Shown piece by piece: positions 22,070 through 34,800 of a DNA stretch of 64,000 nt; within the stretch, counting starts at the first letter, position 1, and each line of letters opens with the position of its first letter. The notes beneath the pieces are model-generated. The model was not told the DNA's origin and made no database searches. It was given only the letters and a program-made list of their open reading frames with translations. A program made the position numbers and the translations under genes. The stretch lies in NCBI GenBank assembly GCA_000002445.1, contig CP000069.1:832001-896000 (forward strand). The letters run 5' to 3'. The stretch is from Trypanosoma brucei (Eukaryota).

Positions 22070-22087
22070 GGGGGGGGAGGGGAGGGG
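22070..22087 (+). repeat. G-run cluster (G8-A-G4-A-G4), potential G-quadruplex motif
   Basis: ggggggggaggggagggg, preceded by a T12 tract. Confidence 0.6.
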
Positions 22088-25000
22088 CGTTGTTGTTTTA
22101 TTGGCGTGCACTGTAATAATTTAAATATAATCCAGTTACCGAAATGACAACCACTTTTTCTCCTTCTTTTCTGCTATTAGTTTGGTTCATCTTGGGTACA
22201 TTTTTTTTTTGTCCTGTTTTACTTATTTACTTTTTACTATTTCCGCTCTTCTTCTTTTTTTTTCTAAATCATTTCTCCTTGCTGCCATTTTCTTTGGACT
22301 TACCCGTCTGTCCATATTTATATTATTTATATATTTGTTTGTATTTGCACTTTAAAAAAATTTTAAATGTTTTTTCTCCCTGTGCAGCAGCACCTTTTCC
22401 TTTTATGATTTTTTTTCTTCCTTCTTTTTTTTTTTTAAAAATTTTTACCTGTTTGTGGTTGTCATAATTAACCATTAACGCCATAGAGCCGTCGCGGCGC
22501 TCATGAGATCTTTCGTTTTTCTCCCTTTTTTTTGTTTAAATGAAGTTTGTGGAGAGCTTTAAAAAAAAATTGTAGGGGATTTGAGCACCGCGGCAGGCCA
22601 AATTAAAAGGAGGGACAAGACAAAAAAGAAAAAAGAAAAAAACATAGAATTGTAATATTAAAAGAGTGACGGCGAGCCATGAATAAATAATAATAACTAA
22701 AAAGAAGGAGATGATTTTTTTTTTATTTAGAAAAAAAATGAAAACAAAAAAGATAAAACAAAACTTCTTTTTTACGACCAGCGGATACGAGGATTAATAC
22801 AAGTGAAGAAGGAAAGAGAAAGAAAACTGGGGAAAGAAGGTAAAATTACAAAGAAAGGGAAAAGGAAAGGGAAGACAGAAGAAGAAAAGAGAAGAAATGT
22901 GCTACAGCAAACATAAACAACCCTCCAGGTAATTCGAAATTTATATGCATATTTGTCTTTTCTTTAAGTTTTTCTTCATAAATTATTATTATTATTATTA
23001 TTTTTTTCATACACGAAGAGGAATTGTAATTGTTCTTATAGAGGGAAAACAACGCCACCACTTCCATGAAACTTAAGAAAAGATAAAAACAAGTAGCAAT
23101 TTTTTTTCTTTTTTTAAATTCTTCTTCCCACATTTTTTCTCCCTATATTCTTATTTTCTTTACACTGTTTTTATGAGGGAACTCGTAACTTGTCGCTGTG
23201 TTTAGTTGTTTTCATTTGTTTCGTTCTGTATTAAAAGTTGTTGATTTTTTTTTGTTTACTCTTCTCCTCTTGCAATTAGTGATGTTGTTATTTTTGATAG
23301 CCCCGTCTTTGTTTTGTTTTGTGTTTCTTTTTTTTTTTCCTCCTCTTTCGTGTTTCATTTTTGTATGACAACTCGCTCACATTCGCCGCGCCGCTCTTCA
23401 GAGAAACCTCTAGTGGTGGCATGTGCAATGTTAATGCCGAAGAAAATAATATATAAATATTATATATATTATTTATATATTTGTATATGTAAAAGGAAAA
23501 TTAAATATGTGAGATAAAATCAAAGATGAAAGACGAGGTGAAATTAAATAGGACAGAAGAAAAAAGGAAAAAAAAAGTGTCATCGTCGTGATCACAAGAA
23601 TCATCTTTGATTAATGAGTAAGTAAGCAAGTGCGTGTTAATTAAATTAAATTTTGTAACTAATATATAACAAGAAAATGAAAAGAGAATACTTGAGAGAT
23701 GCCAGTTCATTAGATTTCACACCATTTTTTTATTTTTATTTTTATTTTTTCATTAGATTTTTTTTTCATTTTAGATGCAAATGTGGAGAAAAGCGGAAGG
23801 AGTCGTACTGCCGAGTTGAAGGTTTTTTGTAGTACCTTTTTTCTTGTTTCGTTTTTATTTGAAAGTAAATTTGTGGTTCTTTCCTCTTATGCTCTTGTGC
23901 TCATTTACAAATCCTGTTACGGTATAAATTTTTTTTTTTAAAAAAAGAAAGTGAAAAAAGCAAACGGAGCAAATCAAATTGACGAATGAAAGAACGAATA
24001 AATGACAACGAAGAGAAGAAAAAATAAAAAGGAAATTCGTGAACATATGATAAAAAAAACTAAAAACAGGGGGACGAAAAGCAAAAAGAAAAAAACACGT
24101 CAACATAGACAAAAAATACATAGGCAAACATACACGTCGATATTATATAAATATAAATATATTTATTTATTTATTTATATTTATATTTATAGTATTGATG
24201 GTTGTATGTTTGTGTGCGTTGAAAGGGAGTGAGCGCCGATAAACTCCCTTTTGTGCGCCTTTTTGTTGTTGTTTTTTTTTTCCACATGTTTGTGTTTTCG
24301 TTCTCTCACAGTTCTGTTTTACCTATTACTCGTTATCAGTTCACTCCGTTAGATGTTATACCGCTTATTTATTAATATAAATTTATTTCCCTTGCATTTC
24401 CCTCATACCTCATTTCTTTTTTTCTTTTGAGCTCGGTCGCATGTGTGAGTTTATTTTTTTTTTGTCGGAGCTCAATGAATGAAAAGTGAGGAGGAAAAGG
24501 CAAAAAAAAACATATATATATATACTTATTTAATTTATATATGTTTTTTTCCCCTCTTCTGCTTGGGGGTATGTGAGGGAATTTCACCTTCCTGTTTCTG
24601 CAGGAAGTAAACCGCATTTAGATAAATTAAAAAGAAGGAAGAATAAATGTTTGAATCGGTGAATGAACGAAAGAGTGAAGAAATGGAGAAGTTATGGATA
24701 CGGAACAACACTGCGCATAGAAATTTTTTCAATAAAGAAAAACTTTTCCACCTCCCCACCCCTTTCCATCATTTATTTCCTCTTTACTTTTTCTTCTTCA
24801 ACGAAATTTGTTAAATGTGTTATTGTTGATATTATTACTATTACTATTACTATTATTGTCATTATTGCTATTATTATTGTTGTTGTTATTACTGTTAATG
24901 CTGTTACCACTTATGTTGTCGTTATTATTATGTTTTTTTTTTTTCGTTTGACCGCTCATTTATTACTGTTGAGGTATTTCCACCTTATGTGAGCGAACGG

Positions 25001-27091
25001 CTTTGATAAAGTGGTGAAAGTGCCAAGAACTGTAATATAAGTTTTATTATGACAGTATTGACAATAATGATGACAACAACAACAACAATAATAATAATAA
25101 TTCATATGATAGTTGTAACAGCAATAATTTGTAACAACAGTTACAATATTGACAAATAAGTTGATTTCTTCCATGGGACACACACACACACACACCTCTG
25201 TTTTTTTTTCATTTATTTAGGCAATGAAGAGACTGGTGGTATGAAAAAAAACAAAGCTGGAAGGAATGAAGAAGGAGATAAAAGAAAAAGAAGAAATTAA
25301 ACTGGAAAAAAGGGGTTTAGATAATAAACAGTGAAAGTTCCACCTCCATAAACGCACCCACTTCCTTTTCGTATTTGTACGTTTCCTCCTCCCTCTCATT
25401 TTTTTGTTTTAAATGTTGTCGTCGGTTCTTTTCTTCTTCTTTTTTTTTCTCCCCCTTTTTTTTCCCCACTCCTATTCTCTTTCTTGTTTTTTTTTGTATA
25501 CTTCAACTTAAGCAAAGTAAACGAAAAGAAACATTTCTCCATTTTTACTTCCTCGTGAGTCGTCTTTTTTTTTTCTTTTGTGTTGTTTTATTCGAAACCT
25601 TTCTTCCTTCAATTCCAATGATTTCCTCACTTTAAAAGTGAAAGAACAAAAAAAAAAAGAGGAAAACGTTACCAAATTAAGCATGATCAAAACAAAAAAA
25701 GAAAAGATACCAAATATATAAACATATACGTATACGTTGAAATCATGCCTGCGTAAAGAAGAAAAGGAGGAGGAAGAAAGGGGAGAATAATTAAAGGGGG
25801 AAAAAAATAAGAAAAGAAAATAATAAATGGGGTGGAAAAAAAAATTAAAAAGAGACACATGCAGTTGAAGGAAACACAGAAATGTGAGCTGGAAAAAAGG
25901 AAAAAAAAAAGGAATCAAAAGAGAAAGAAAGAGAAAAAAAAAAGAATATGTAACGACCGTATAGAAGCACCGTGACGATGAAGATGATGACAATAATAAT
26001 ACACATCTTTGTCCCCCTACCACCCATACAAAACACTTTAAAACTTTTGCCAGAATTTTTTTACTTTTGTTTTTTTTTCTTACATTCATTTATCTATTCT
26101 GCAGAGAAGAATCTAACTATTTATTGAGTAGATGAATAAATTATAAGAAAAATGACAGAAATGATGGGAAGAAATTCGTTTAAAAAAAATTGGCGATTGT
26201 TTTTGTGTTTGTCTATTTACTTCTTTTTTCGTTATGTTGGTGGCGTTTTTGGTGCAATTTTTTTGTTTCATATAAATATGTTTTTTTTTGGTTACTGTCG
26301 TTGTTATTGTTGCAAAGGGTGTCGCGTGAGTCAGTATATATATATATATATATTTTCTTAGGGGTTCTCACTGTGCGCGCCTCGTATAAAATATAACGTA
26401 AAGTTAAAAAAAAAAAACTTAAACGTAACCAATAAATGTTGACATATATGCATATATATATATATATTAGCTTTACGCTAACGTGCTTCGCTTCTTGTTC
26501 CCTTGTCCATAAAGAAATGTCTATATATTTATCGTTTTGTTTATTCTGTTTCCCCAACACTTCCTCTTAGTGTTTTTACAAATGTGTGATACGCGATGCT
26601 TGCTTCTCTTCTTTTTTCTTTCTTTTTTTTTTTGCTGTCACACTCTTTTTTTTCTTTGAACAATAAATTAAAAATATATAAAATGAGGTAAATAGTGTAA
26701 CTCGACGTTGTTTACTTCAAAGCGCTGCAGTTATTTGTCTCAATAGTTTTTTTTCTTTGATTTCATTATAACATATATATATTCGGCTTATTGCGTCCGT
26801 GCTAAATCTGCATTTGGCTCAAGTGACGAAAATTATTGTTGCATAAATTTGCGAGTACTACAATTACCGCGAAATAAATAGAAGATATTTTAACCTATAG
26901 GTTATAAGGAGGAGTAGTGTTTGAAGAGGAAATTACGCAAAGAGGTAACATATAAAAAAAAGAAGAGAGGGAAGAAAAGAAAGTAGAAAGCAGCCTGCTA
27001 TCAGCAGTGAATACGTAAGTAACAAACTGAAAAACAAAAAAAAACACAAAAGGAAAGAGTCGGAATTGAAGTTAATATTTCATTTGTTCAA

Positions 27092-28459
27092 ATGCAACAG
27101 CGTTCCATCAGTCCTGGTCGTGGTCGCGTGGTACCGAGAGGACAATTAACGCGGTCAGCGAGGGGCAGTACAATTTCATGCAGCAGCCCTCAGAGACCGC
27201 AAGCAGTTGTGAATGAATTACACCGCCGTGATGGAACAAATCCCACTACTGACCGGGGCCGCCAAATTGCTGAAGAGGTGGATGAACTAATGAATGAAGT
27301 GTATGGAGGAACGGCCCATCAACCACCTCCCGAATCTCTGCAGCGGCATGCGGAGGGCGGCAACCTCTTGGCTCGCTATAAGACATCCATCCTTGCTTCT
27401 GCTTTACCAACTTCATGGCAGCGAGGACCTTCAGACCCCGCAGGTTTGTGCTTTGATGCCAGTGACCGTAACTTGTTGTGTATGGATGTTTATGAAAAGA
27501 GGGGTCTTTGTGTCGTGGGTTCCGCGGATCATGGACTCAAGGTATTTGACCTCGCCACTGGAGCAGAAAAGCGAAATCTGTACACAAAAAAGTACGGTCA
27601 CACCGAGTGGGTAACGTGTTGCAAATTTCTACCAGACAGCGGCAAGATTCTTTCGGGTGGGATGGATAGTAAACTCTGTTTATGGGAGGCTTCCGGTCCC
27701 GCTCGTTGTACTGATTTAACTGGTCATACTGGAAGCATCAGCCAGGTGGAAGTGTGTGGCAATAACGGATTTGCTCTGAGCAGTAGCTATGATCGGACGC
27801 TGCGACTGTGGGATTGTGGAGCTGGTGGGCGGTGTATTGCAACGTTTGCCGGTCACAAAGCCCCTGTGATGATGTTTTCGTGGTGCGGGACGCAATTACT
27901 TTCAGGTGATCGCCAAGGGACTGCTAAAATGTGGGATGTGGAGAGCGGCGAGTGCCTTGCGACAATGGCCACGAAGCGTGGGCAAATAGGTTCGCTATGG
28001 CATACACTTCACACGAGTGTGGGATTACTTTCTGCTATTGGGGATCAGGGTGGGGTTTTAACCGTCATGGATTTCCCCCGTACCGGCAGTCGGCCCATAT
28101 TCCAAGGTGAGCTTCACCCGGGTGGTGTAATAAGCAGCATTCGCTCGGTAGATGAAACTCCATATTTGATTACTGCCGGAGCGGATAAGGTCATCCTCAC
28201 GCTCGATCCGCGTGCTGGTTTTGCAGTGGTTCATAACTTCACTGATCACCGTGATTTCATTTACTCGATGGAGACATTTGGTCCGTTGGTATTATCTGGT
28301 GGTGGAAATGGTTGGTTGCTGGTACATAATGTGTTGGATGGTAAATGTTGCTATGGGCTGGGCGCTAATGGGGCAGCTGTGCGTGAAATACGTACAACAT
28401 CGGAGTATCTGGTGGCGGCAGGGGATGATGGCAAAGCTATGGTTTATAGGTTTAACTGA
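27092..28459 (+). CDS. WD40-repeat protein
   Basis: Repeated WD signatures: LSGGMDSKLCLWE, LRLWDCGAGGRCIATFAGHKAPV, GDRQGTAKMWDVESGEC, GDDGKAMVYRF. 455 aa; ATG start. Confidence 0.75.
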   Translation: MQQRSISPGRGRVVPRGQLTRSARGSTISCSSPQRPQAVVNELHRRDGTNPTTDRGRQIAEEVDELMNEVYGGTAHQPPPESLQRHAEGGNLLARYKTSILASALPTSWQRGPSDPAGLCFDASDRNLLCMDVYEKRGLCVVGSADHGLKVFDLATGAEKRNLYTKKYGHTEWVTCCKFLPDSGKILSGGMDSKLCLWEASGPARCTDLTGHTGSISQVEVCGNNGFALSSSYDRTLRLWDCGAGGRCIATFAGHKAPVMMFSWCGTQLLSGDRQGTAKMWDVESGECLATMATKRGQIGSLWHTLHTSVGLLSAIGDQGGVLTVMDFPRTGSRPIFQGELHPGGVISSIRSVDETPYLITAGADKVILTLDPRAGFAVVHNFTDHRDFIYSMETFGPLVLSGGGNGWLLVHNVLDGKCCYGLGANGAAVREIRTTSEYLVAAGDDGKAMVYRFN

Positions 28460-28549
28460 GTGTATAGCATCGCTCTCATATACGGTTCCTTGTTTTTCCT
28501 CTTATCTGCATGAATACGTCGGCTCTCATAAGAGCGCGCGCTTGCAAAC

Positions 28550-28561
28550 GGGGGGGGGGGG
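28550..28561 (+). repeat. G12 homopolymer 90 nt downstream of the WD40 gene stop
   Basis: cttgcaaacggggggggggggaaggcc. Confidence 0.8.
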
Positions 28562-29304
28562 AAGGCCAATAAATGTTTTTTGTTCGTTTTTTTTAATGTT
28601 GGGTTCGTTCATTATTATATCGTGTTTTCTTTTTTTTTTAAAGGTTCATGCTTTTCATTGTTACCATACCAACTTCGTGCGTTTTATTCACCTCCGTTTC
28701 CGTCATTGCACTGGCCCATAAAAGAGTAGAAAGGTATGTTGTATTTTTGTGTCAATGTAATTGAAACCGTGCAAATGACTGTTTCTCCCTTTTGTTTACG
28801 TCGTCTTGCCGCAGTTTCTCTTCCTATTTCTCCGTGCCACACTTGTTTGCCCGTTAATAATTATGATCATTTTATATGGGTGACATGTATATTTTTTTTA
28901 AAAATCCTTCTGATATCACAACAAGAGGTGAGGAAAGTGAACGAAGTAATGGTGAGAAAATCAATAAGTTGACGGCCGTTCTTTTTTTTTTTGTTGTTGT
29001 TCCCCTGTTTTGCCACTTGGGTGCTTTGCCCGTGAAAACTTATAATTACTCTGCTCGTTGTGAGATGTTACAATCAAAATTGCTAAAAATATTCCACATT
29101 CTTACATCATCCTTATTCTTCATTTTTTTTCCTGTGATGACAATTTACCATCTGCTGTCGGCAACAAACAATACAACTGCAACACGAAGGAATAAGAGAT
29201 AAGAATCGGTATATTTAAAACAGCCACACATATATATATTGTTAAAACTTGTGGTAGAAATAAAACGAAAAAGAAAAGAAAAAAATAAATTTTCTTTGCG
29301 AGTT

Positions 29305-30702
29305 ATGTATCGTTTTTCAATCAGTGGTAGTGCTCTACCTTCTTCTGTTGATTGGGCACTTCTCCGGCATTTGCCCACTTGGAGACTTAATAAATATACA
29401 ATGGATCCAGTAAAAGGAGTAGGGAAAGATATAGAGTGTACAGATGATGAACCATCACCATTTTGGGTATCAGGAAGAGAAATTCGGCTTCTCCGTATGA
29501 CAATGAGTCGCTCTTCAGCGTCGCCAGCGTGTGGTTCTTTTTCTTATGGCGAAAGGAAAAGTCGTATTGCTGACAAATCCAAACAATGCGGATGGGCGAA
29601 CCATTTTGTTAGGTGGAATAGAGCCATCAGCGTATTTGGTGTTCCATATCTCAACGCCGCGGACACGTCTTTTTGTTCTGTATTTGATTCTGTCACATGC
29701 ATAAACTTCGAAATTCCCTTGACAGAAGGTGGGGGAGTTGCATGGTTGCCAAATGGAGCTCCGTTATCAAGTCCATTGAGGTGTTTTGTTGAAGAAAATG
29801 TAACAAAGCGGGGAATTACATCCGCCTTCTCTTTTCACTCACCGTATTGGTTGGAAGTTGAGGGGTTTCAAAGCCGCTGGCCTGGCGTTGATATCGCTCC
29901 TGCTGCTTCTCCACTTTATGTCAAGGATATGCCGAAAGGGTTTATAAATGCGGAGCAGACAACAGACGCTTCACGCTTCGATTCCGTGTCGTGTGGTCCA
30001 CAAAGGCAACACGAATGCTTACTCATAAGTGGCGTGTATCATGTTTCGCTTAACTCGTCTCTAAAACTCGCAGATGCTCTTGCGAAAATGACAAAAGCTG
30101 AAGAAGGACAATTACTGCTTCCCCCTTCACTTCATGAAACATCTTTTTCAAGGAGCATGCCATTACAGGGGTCTCCGCAGTGCAATGAGATGGAAAAAAA
30201 TAATCCTTGTAATTTGTGGGTTGATGTGGAATTTATTGAAGCAGTTGGTTGGTCTGTGCACAGTGCGGCTGTGGGTGTGGAACTTCACAAAACACAGCTT
30301 CTTTTGAATCACCGACCATTTCCACTCCAACAAAGTGGGTCAGATAATTCGGTAACATTAATAAATGCTGTGTTTATTGTGGAGCGGGATGACTTACTGA
30401 ATTTCATAACGTATAAGCCTGACCTCATTGGCTTCACACAAAAAATTTTCATATACTCTTTCACAGTTATCAGATTGGCTTTTCAAGCGTACAAAATGAA
30501 ATATACTTCAACTACGTGGGTTGTTGCTTCTGCTCTGGAGGGGTTCAACATCCGTGTCCGTAAAACAGATGGGCTCGTGGGTGTTGAAGTTAAACTTTTC
30601 ATTCGTCAAGAGAACAAACATTTCACAACTGTTGTCGTCAATAGAGACGAGTTGAACATATCCGATGAAACCTTTATGGAGTTACAACAGCGCTGTGTAT
30701 AA
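29305..30702 (+). CDS. hypothetical protein
   Basis: Long coding-strand ORF. The track start at 29239 is a TTG inside an A-rich stretch. First ATG is at 29305 (MYRFS) and the next at 29401 (MDPVKG); either could be the real start. No recognised domain. Confidence 0.45.
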   Translation: MYRFSISGSALPSSVDWALLRHLPTWRLNKYTMDPVKGVGKDIECTDDEPSPFWVSGREIRLLRMTMSRSSASPACGSFSYGERKSRIADKSKQCGWANHFVRWNRAISVFGVPYLNAADTSFCSVFDSVTCINFEIPLTEGGGVAWLPNGAPLSSPLRCFVEENVTKRGITSAFSFHSPYWLEVEGFQSRWPGVDIAPAASPLYVKDMPKGFINAEQTTDASRFDSVSCGPQRQHECLLISGVYHVSLNSSLKLADALAKMTKAEEGQLLLPPSLHETSFSRSMPLQGSPQCNEMEKNNPCNLWVDVEFIEAVGWSVHSAAVGVELHKTQLLLNHRPFPLQQSGSDNSVTLINAVFIVERDDLLNFITYKPDLIGFTQKIFIYSFTVIRLAFQAYKMKYTSTTWVVASALEGFNIRVRKTDGLVGVEVKLFIRQENKHFTTVVVNRDELNISDETFMELQQRCV

Positions 30703-31802
30703 ATAACAGATAATATTTGCCGTGCGAGAATCATCACAATACCTCAAAGTTTTTATGAAGTTTTTTTTGTCTCCGTCAAGAGTCGTTTATATTTATTCGT
30801 GATTATACTGTTCCATTTTATTTTTTTTTTTAAAGGCCTCTACTGCTATTATTATTTTTTTTTTACAAGTTTCTGTGCATCTTTTTCTATTTCTTTTGTT
30901 GCTGCATGGTTACTTGCTAAATTTGTTGCATCGTCGTTGACCACGTCTCCTTTTTTTTCCCCTTTTGCTTGAACAAACTGTCTTTATGTGTATTTTATTT
31001 TTGATACAAAGTACTTATGTCTCTTTTGTTTTATTTTTGTTTTCTCACTGATGCGTTCTTTTCATTTATTTTCCCCTGCTTTCATTTCGTCATGTACTTC
31101 CAATATTTTCTTATTTTCCCCCTCTTGCCACACATAAATTCATATTTCCCTTGCATTGCGAATTGGTCTGCTAATATCTTTCACTACTGCAAGTTGTTAA
31201 CATATTCCACAAAAACATCTTTTTTTTCCCCTCCTTTTCTTTCATTTTCACTTTGTTGTTTTTTTTTTTACTTTTCATGCTTTAAAGCATTCAAGTAGGT
31301 GCAAACCAAAAAGGATTTAGAAAGAAAACCCTCAAAAGGCTTGTTTTTTTTTCTTTTTTCCTCTTTATAATATTTTTCATATTTTTCACCCACTACTCAC
31401 ACGAGTCTGTGGGTTCTTGAGTAACTCTGCTTGATCACGCGACCTGTTGTGGTTTCAACTTGTACGCGTGCGTTGTGAAGTTCCTATTTTGCTCTCTTTC
31501 GCCTTCTAATTTTTTAAACTTCACTTCCTTTGTTTTCTTTTTTGTTTGGTTTCTTCTACTCACTTTTTTGTCGTTTTTGGTAGTTTTTTATTTTGTTTTC
31601 CTTTTGCGACCAGTTGTTGTGTATTGTCTCTACCACTTTATAAATACATACACAGGCACAAACGCATATCAAAACTACCAACAAATACCGAAGCGGAGGA
31701 AGAGAAACGAAATACGCACCGACAGTGTCGTTTTAATTCTTTTCATTTTTTTAAATTTTGTTTTGTCCTTTCTCACATTTGTGTACCAAAAACTGTGGTT
31801 TC

Positions 31803-34800
31803 ATGAACGTGCGTGTTGCTACAGCAGTTCGTATCCTACCAGGAACTGCAATAGCAGACAAGCAATTCATTCTTTCTTCGGTCCACAAAGCCGTTGATGG
31901 GCAAACTGTTGTAGTGGACAGTTGTGGCGATGGGTCGCGGCCGATGATTGTACGGGTTGATGAGGTTTATGATGAAGAGGATAATCAAAGCTACTTTTAT
32001 GAGCAAGCCGTTAGGGATTTGGTGTGTTGTGCATTTGATGGGAGTTATTGCACGGTATTGGCGTATGGCGCTGCGGGGAGTGGTAAGACGTATAGTGTGC
32101 TTGGACCCAAAGCACAGGAAAATATAATGGAAGAGGCAGGGATTTTCCTACGTGTATTTGAGGATTTATTTAGGTATCAGGAGAAAATGTCCAAGCGAAG
32201 GCACATCATGTTTTTCGTAGCAGCACTTGAGCTGGTTGGCGAGCAGGTGTTGGACTTGCTAAAGAGGCGAAGTAAGATTCCTGTGAGTGATGTGTCAAGT
32301 GATTATCTTTTGCACAACCTCCGCCACGCTGAAGTCACCTCGATGACCGAGGCCACGAATGTCTTCAATTTGATAAACGATATGCGCCAAGATTTGCCTA
32401 CCGATGGAATTACACGTGGATCACGCTCTAGCGCTCTTATATTTATTGATATTGTTCAAGTTGCTCACAAACACTTCCCCGACCGTCCTACGCGGGAGAA
32501 ATTAGTGGAAGTGGGCGGATTCTCTGTTGAACCTAGTGTGCGAGGCATCCTGCATTCGCGTGTGTTATTGGTAGATTTAGTGGGTAGCAACATCGGAAGA
32601 ACCTCAGGTATTGGAGGAGAGGAAGTAATAGAGAATCTGGGAATGGCTAAATCTTTGCAAACATTGGGTATGTGTGTGCGCTCCTTGTATGTTGGGGACT
32701 CGCATATTCCCTTTTGTGATGCCAAACTAACTGAGTTGCTGAAACCCTCGCTTGCTGAAAGTACGTCGCGCGTACTTGTGGTGGCCCATGTTTCTCCGCT
32801 TGCTAAGGATGGTGACGAAACGAGAGAAACATTGTGCTTTTGTGATCGGATAAAGGAGTTCAAAGCTGATAAATCCTACAATGTTCCGTCCGCAGGGTTT
32901 GGGGAATATGAAACTCAGCCGGTTACTCAGCACAGGGAACTTCTTGCTGATGTGAGAATTGCGGCTGCTGTTGCCTACTATACACCTCAACGCCCTTATT
33001 TTACGTCGATGCTAAAAGGTGTGAGCGTGAAAGAGGCACGCGATGCCGCAATTGTTTCTTTGAAAAACGAATTGGATGGCCTGGAAATGAGAAAGGAAAC
33101 GGAGTACATCAGTAAAGCAAAGGAAAAAATAATGAAGGACCGAGATAAAAGGGTACGTGGTTTCGCATCCAGGATGAATCAAATGATAGAGGAATACGAG
33201 GTAATTTCCCAGAAGGTCAAAGAAGAGAAGAAAGTTAGCAAGCACCTTACAAGGGAGTATGAAGCTAAGAGTGAGGAAGCCATAACGGAGGCCAAGAAGG
33301 CAAAAAAAAGTCGTTTGAAAGCCCAGGAGAAGGTGGAGAACCTTCGGGAGCAGCTTGGTTTGCCGAAGGTTGATTCGAGTTTGCCTAATCAGGAGAGTTC
33401 CCAATCACATAAGTACGATGATGACAAAATGTTTTGTGGTGGGTCGACGGAAGAACTTTCAAATGAGGAAAGGGAAAGGGAAACACTACTTGACAATCTT
33501 GTGAATGACTTTCAAACGGCAGCCAAGGACCTCAACGATGTCCACGCGACGTACGCGAAGCGCCTCACCGCCACTCAAAGGCAGAGAGCGCAAGTGCGAC
33601 GTATAAAAATGCTTTGCTCAGGAATTATATTGGATAGCACCCTAGTGGAGGATATTATTGATTTCATTATCGATCGAGCTGTTGATATCTCCCACAAGGT
33701 AATTAAACCATCGCAGCCGTATTCTTGGAAAAATATTGAAGGCCTTAGCACTGTTTTGAGAGGTGGTAACAGACTTTATCCACCGTTGTTCAATTCTATT
33801 CCAGATGCTACAAAAGTGGATAGTACAGGAGTATTTCATAGATGTACTTTTCTCAGCTCTGACGAAAGCGATGAGGAGAACTCTCACTATCCAGATGAAA
33901 CGCGGCGGCCAGTTGAGATGGACAATGATTTGTACGAACATTATTTGGCGATGGGTAATACGCAAAAGAAGGTGAAGGAGGACGGTAGTGCGGGTTCAGA
34001 AAAGAAGTCAGCAGCAAAATGGGGAGGGGAGATTTCAGAGACTGCACGAGACGAAGCGAGAAAGCCCGCGAAGGAGAATGCTGAAGATGGGGGTGTTGAG
34101 GGAAGTCCGATAGGGTTAAATGCATCAGCAACGGAATCGCTACATCTCGATGGCGACAACGATGGGGAATTTAATCAATCTGATAACAATGTCGAAGAGA
34201 GTGAGGAGCCTTTGACGGAATCGGAGAAACAGCGAATGCGGACACGTAGGGACCAGCAATACCTTATGCGTGTGTATGACTCACCTACCTTGGTCGACGA
34301 TCTCATAAAATTCTTGCGCGGTGGAACGGTAATGCTGAAGCACGGACGCATAGGAAAACCTCATCGTCGCCTGTTCTGGGTATCTATAGATAGGGAGAAG
34401 CGAAAGCTTCTATGGGCAGATCCCGATGCAACCGCAAGTCGCTCTAGCTCGTATGTTGACCTTGACAACGTGAGTTACATTCAAATAGGCTGTTTCAGTA
34501 AAGTTTTCAAACGGTACTGCTCGACATCGACGGATCCAAGTTTTTACCGTAGTTTTACGGTTGGTTTGAAAGATGGTAGTCGTACGGTTGATATTGTTGC
34601 CGACACATTAGCGGATTTTGAGGCTTGGGTGCTTGGTCTGTCTAACTTGGTGAGGGTAGATCCATCGTGGGGCGGGAAGTTGGATGTCTCAGTGGAGGTA
34701 AACTACGACCGTCTTAACTGCTTTGAGGTGAGTCTTTGCGAAACAAATTACATATTTCCTACGCAATACCTCATGTTAAAACGACGTGTGACGCAGATTG

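Larger units (their letters stand above)
21350..27091. other. 5.7 kb ORF-free low-complexity tract (putative very long 3'UTR and/or unannotated ncRNA region)
   Basis: No ORF other than homopolymer-driven artefacts. Alternating T-rich and A/G-rich blocks; (GGGAGA)n, (CA)n, (ATT)n/(AAT)n and G-runs. About 3-10x longer than every other gap in the array. Confidence 0.6.

Noticed and set aside
25508-26089. 193-aa minus-strand ORF and similar ORFs (22144-22467, 26213-26560, 24663-24992) inside the 5.7 kb tract
   Set aside because: The translations are homopolymeric or low-complexity (runs of F, K, S, I, V) produced by poly-T/poly-A and triplet microsatellites. They are not credible proteins.
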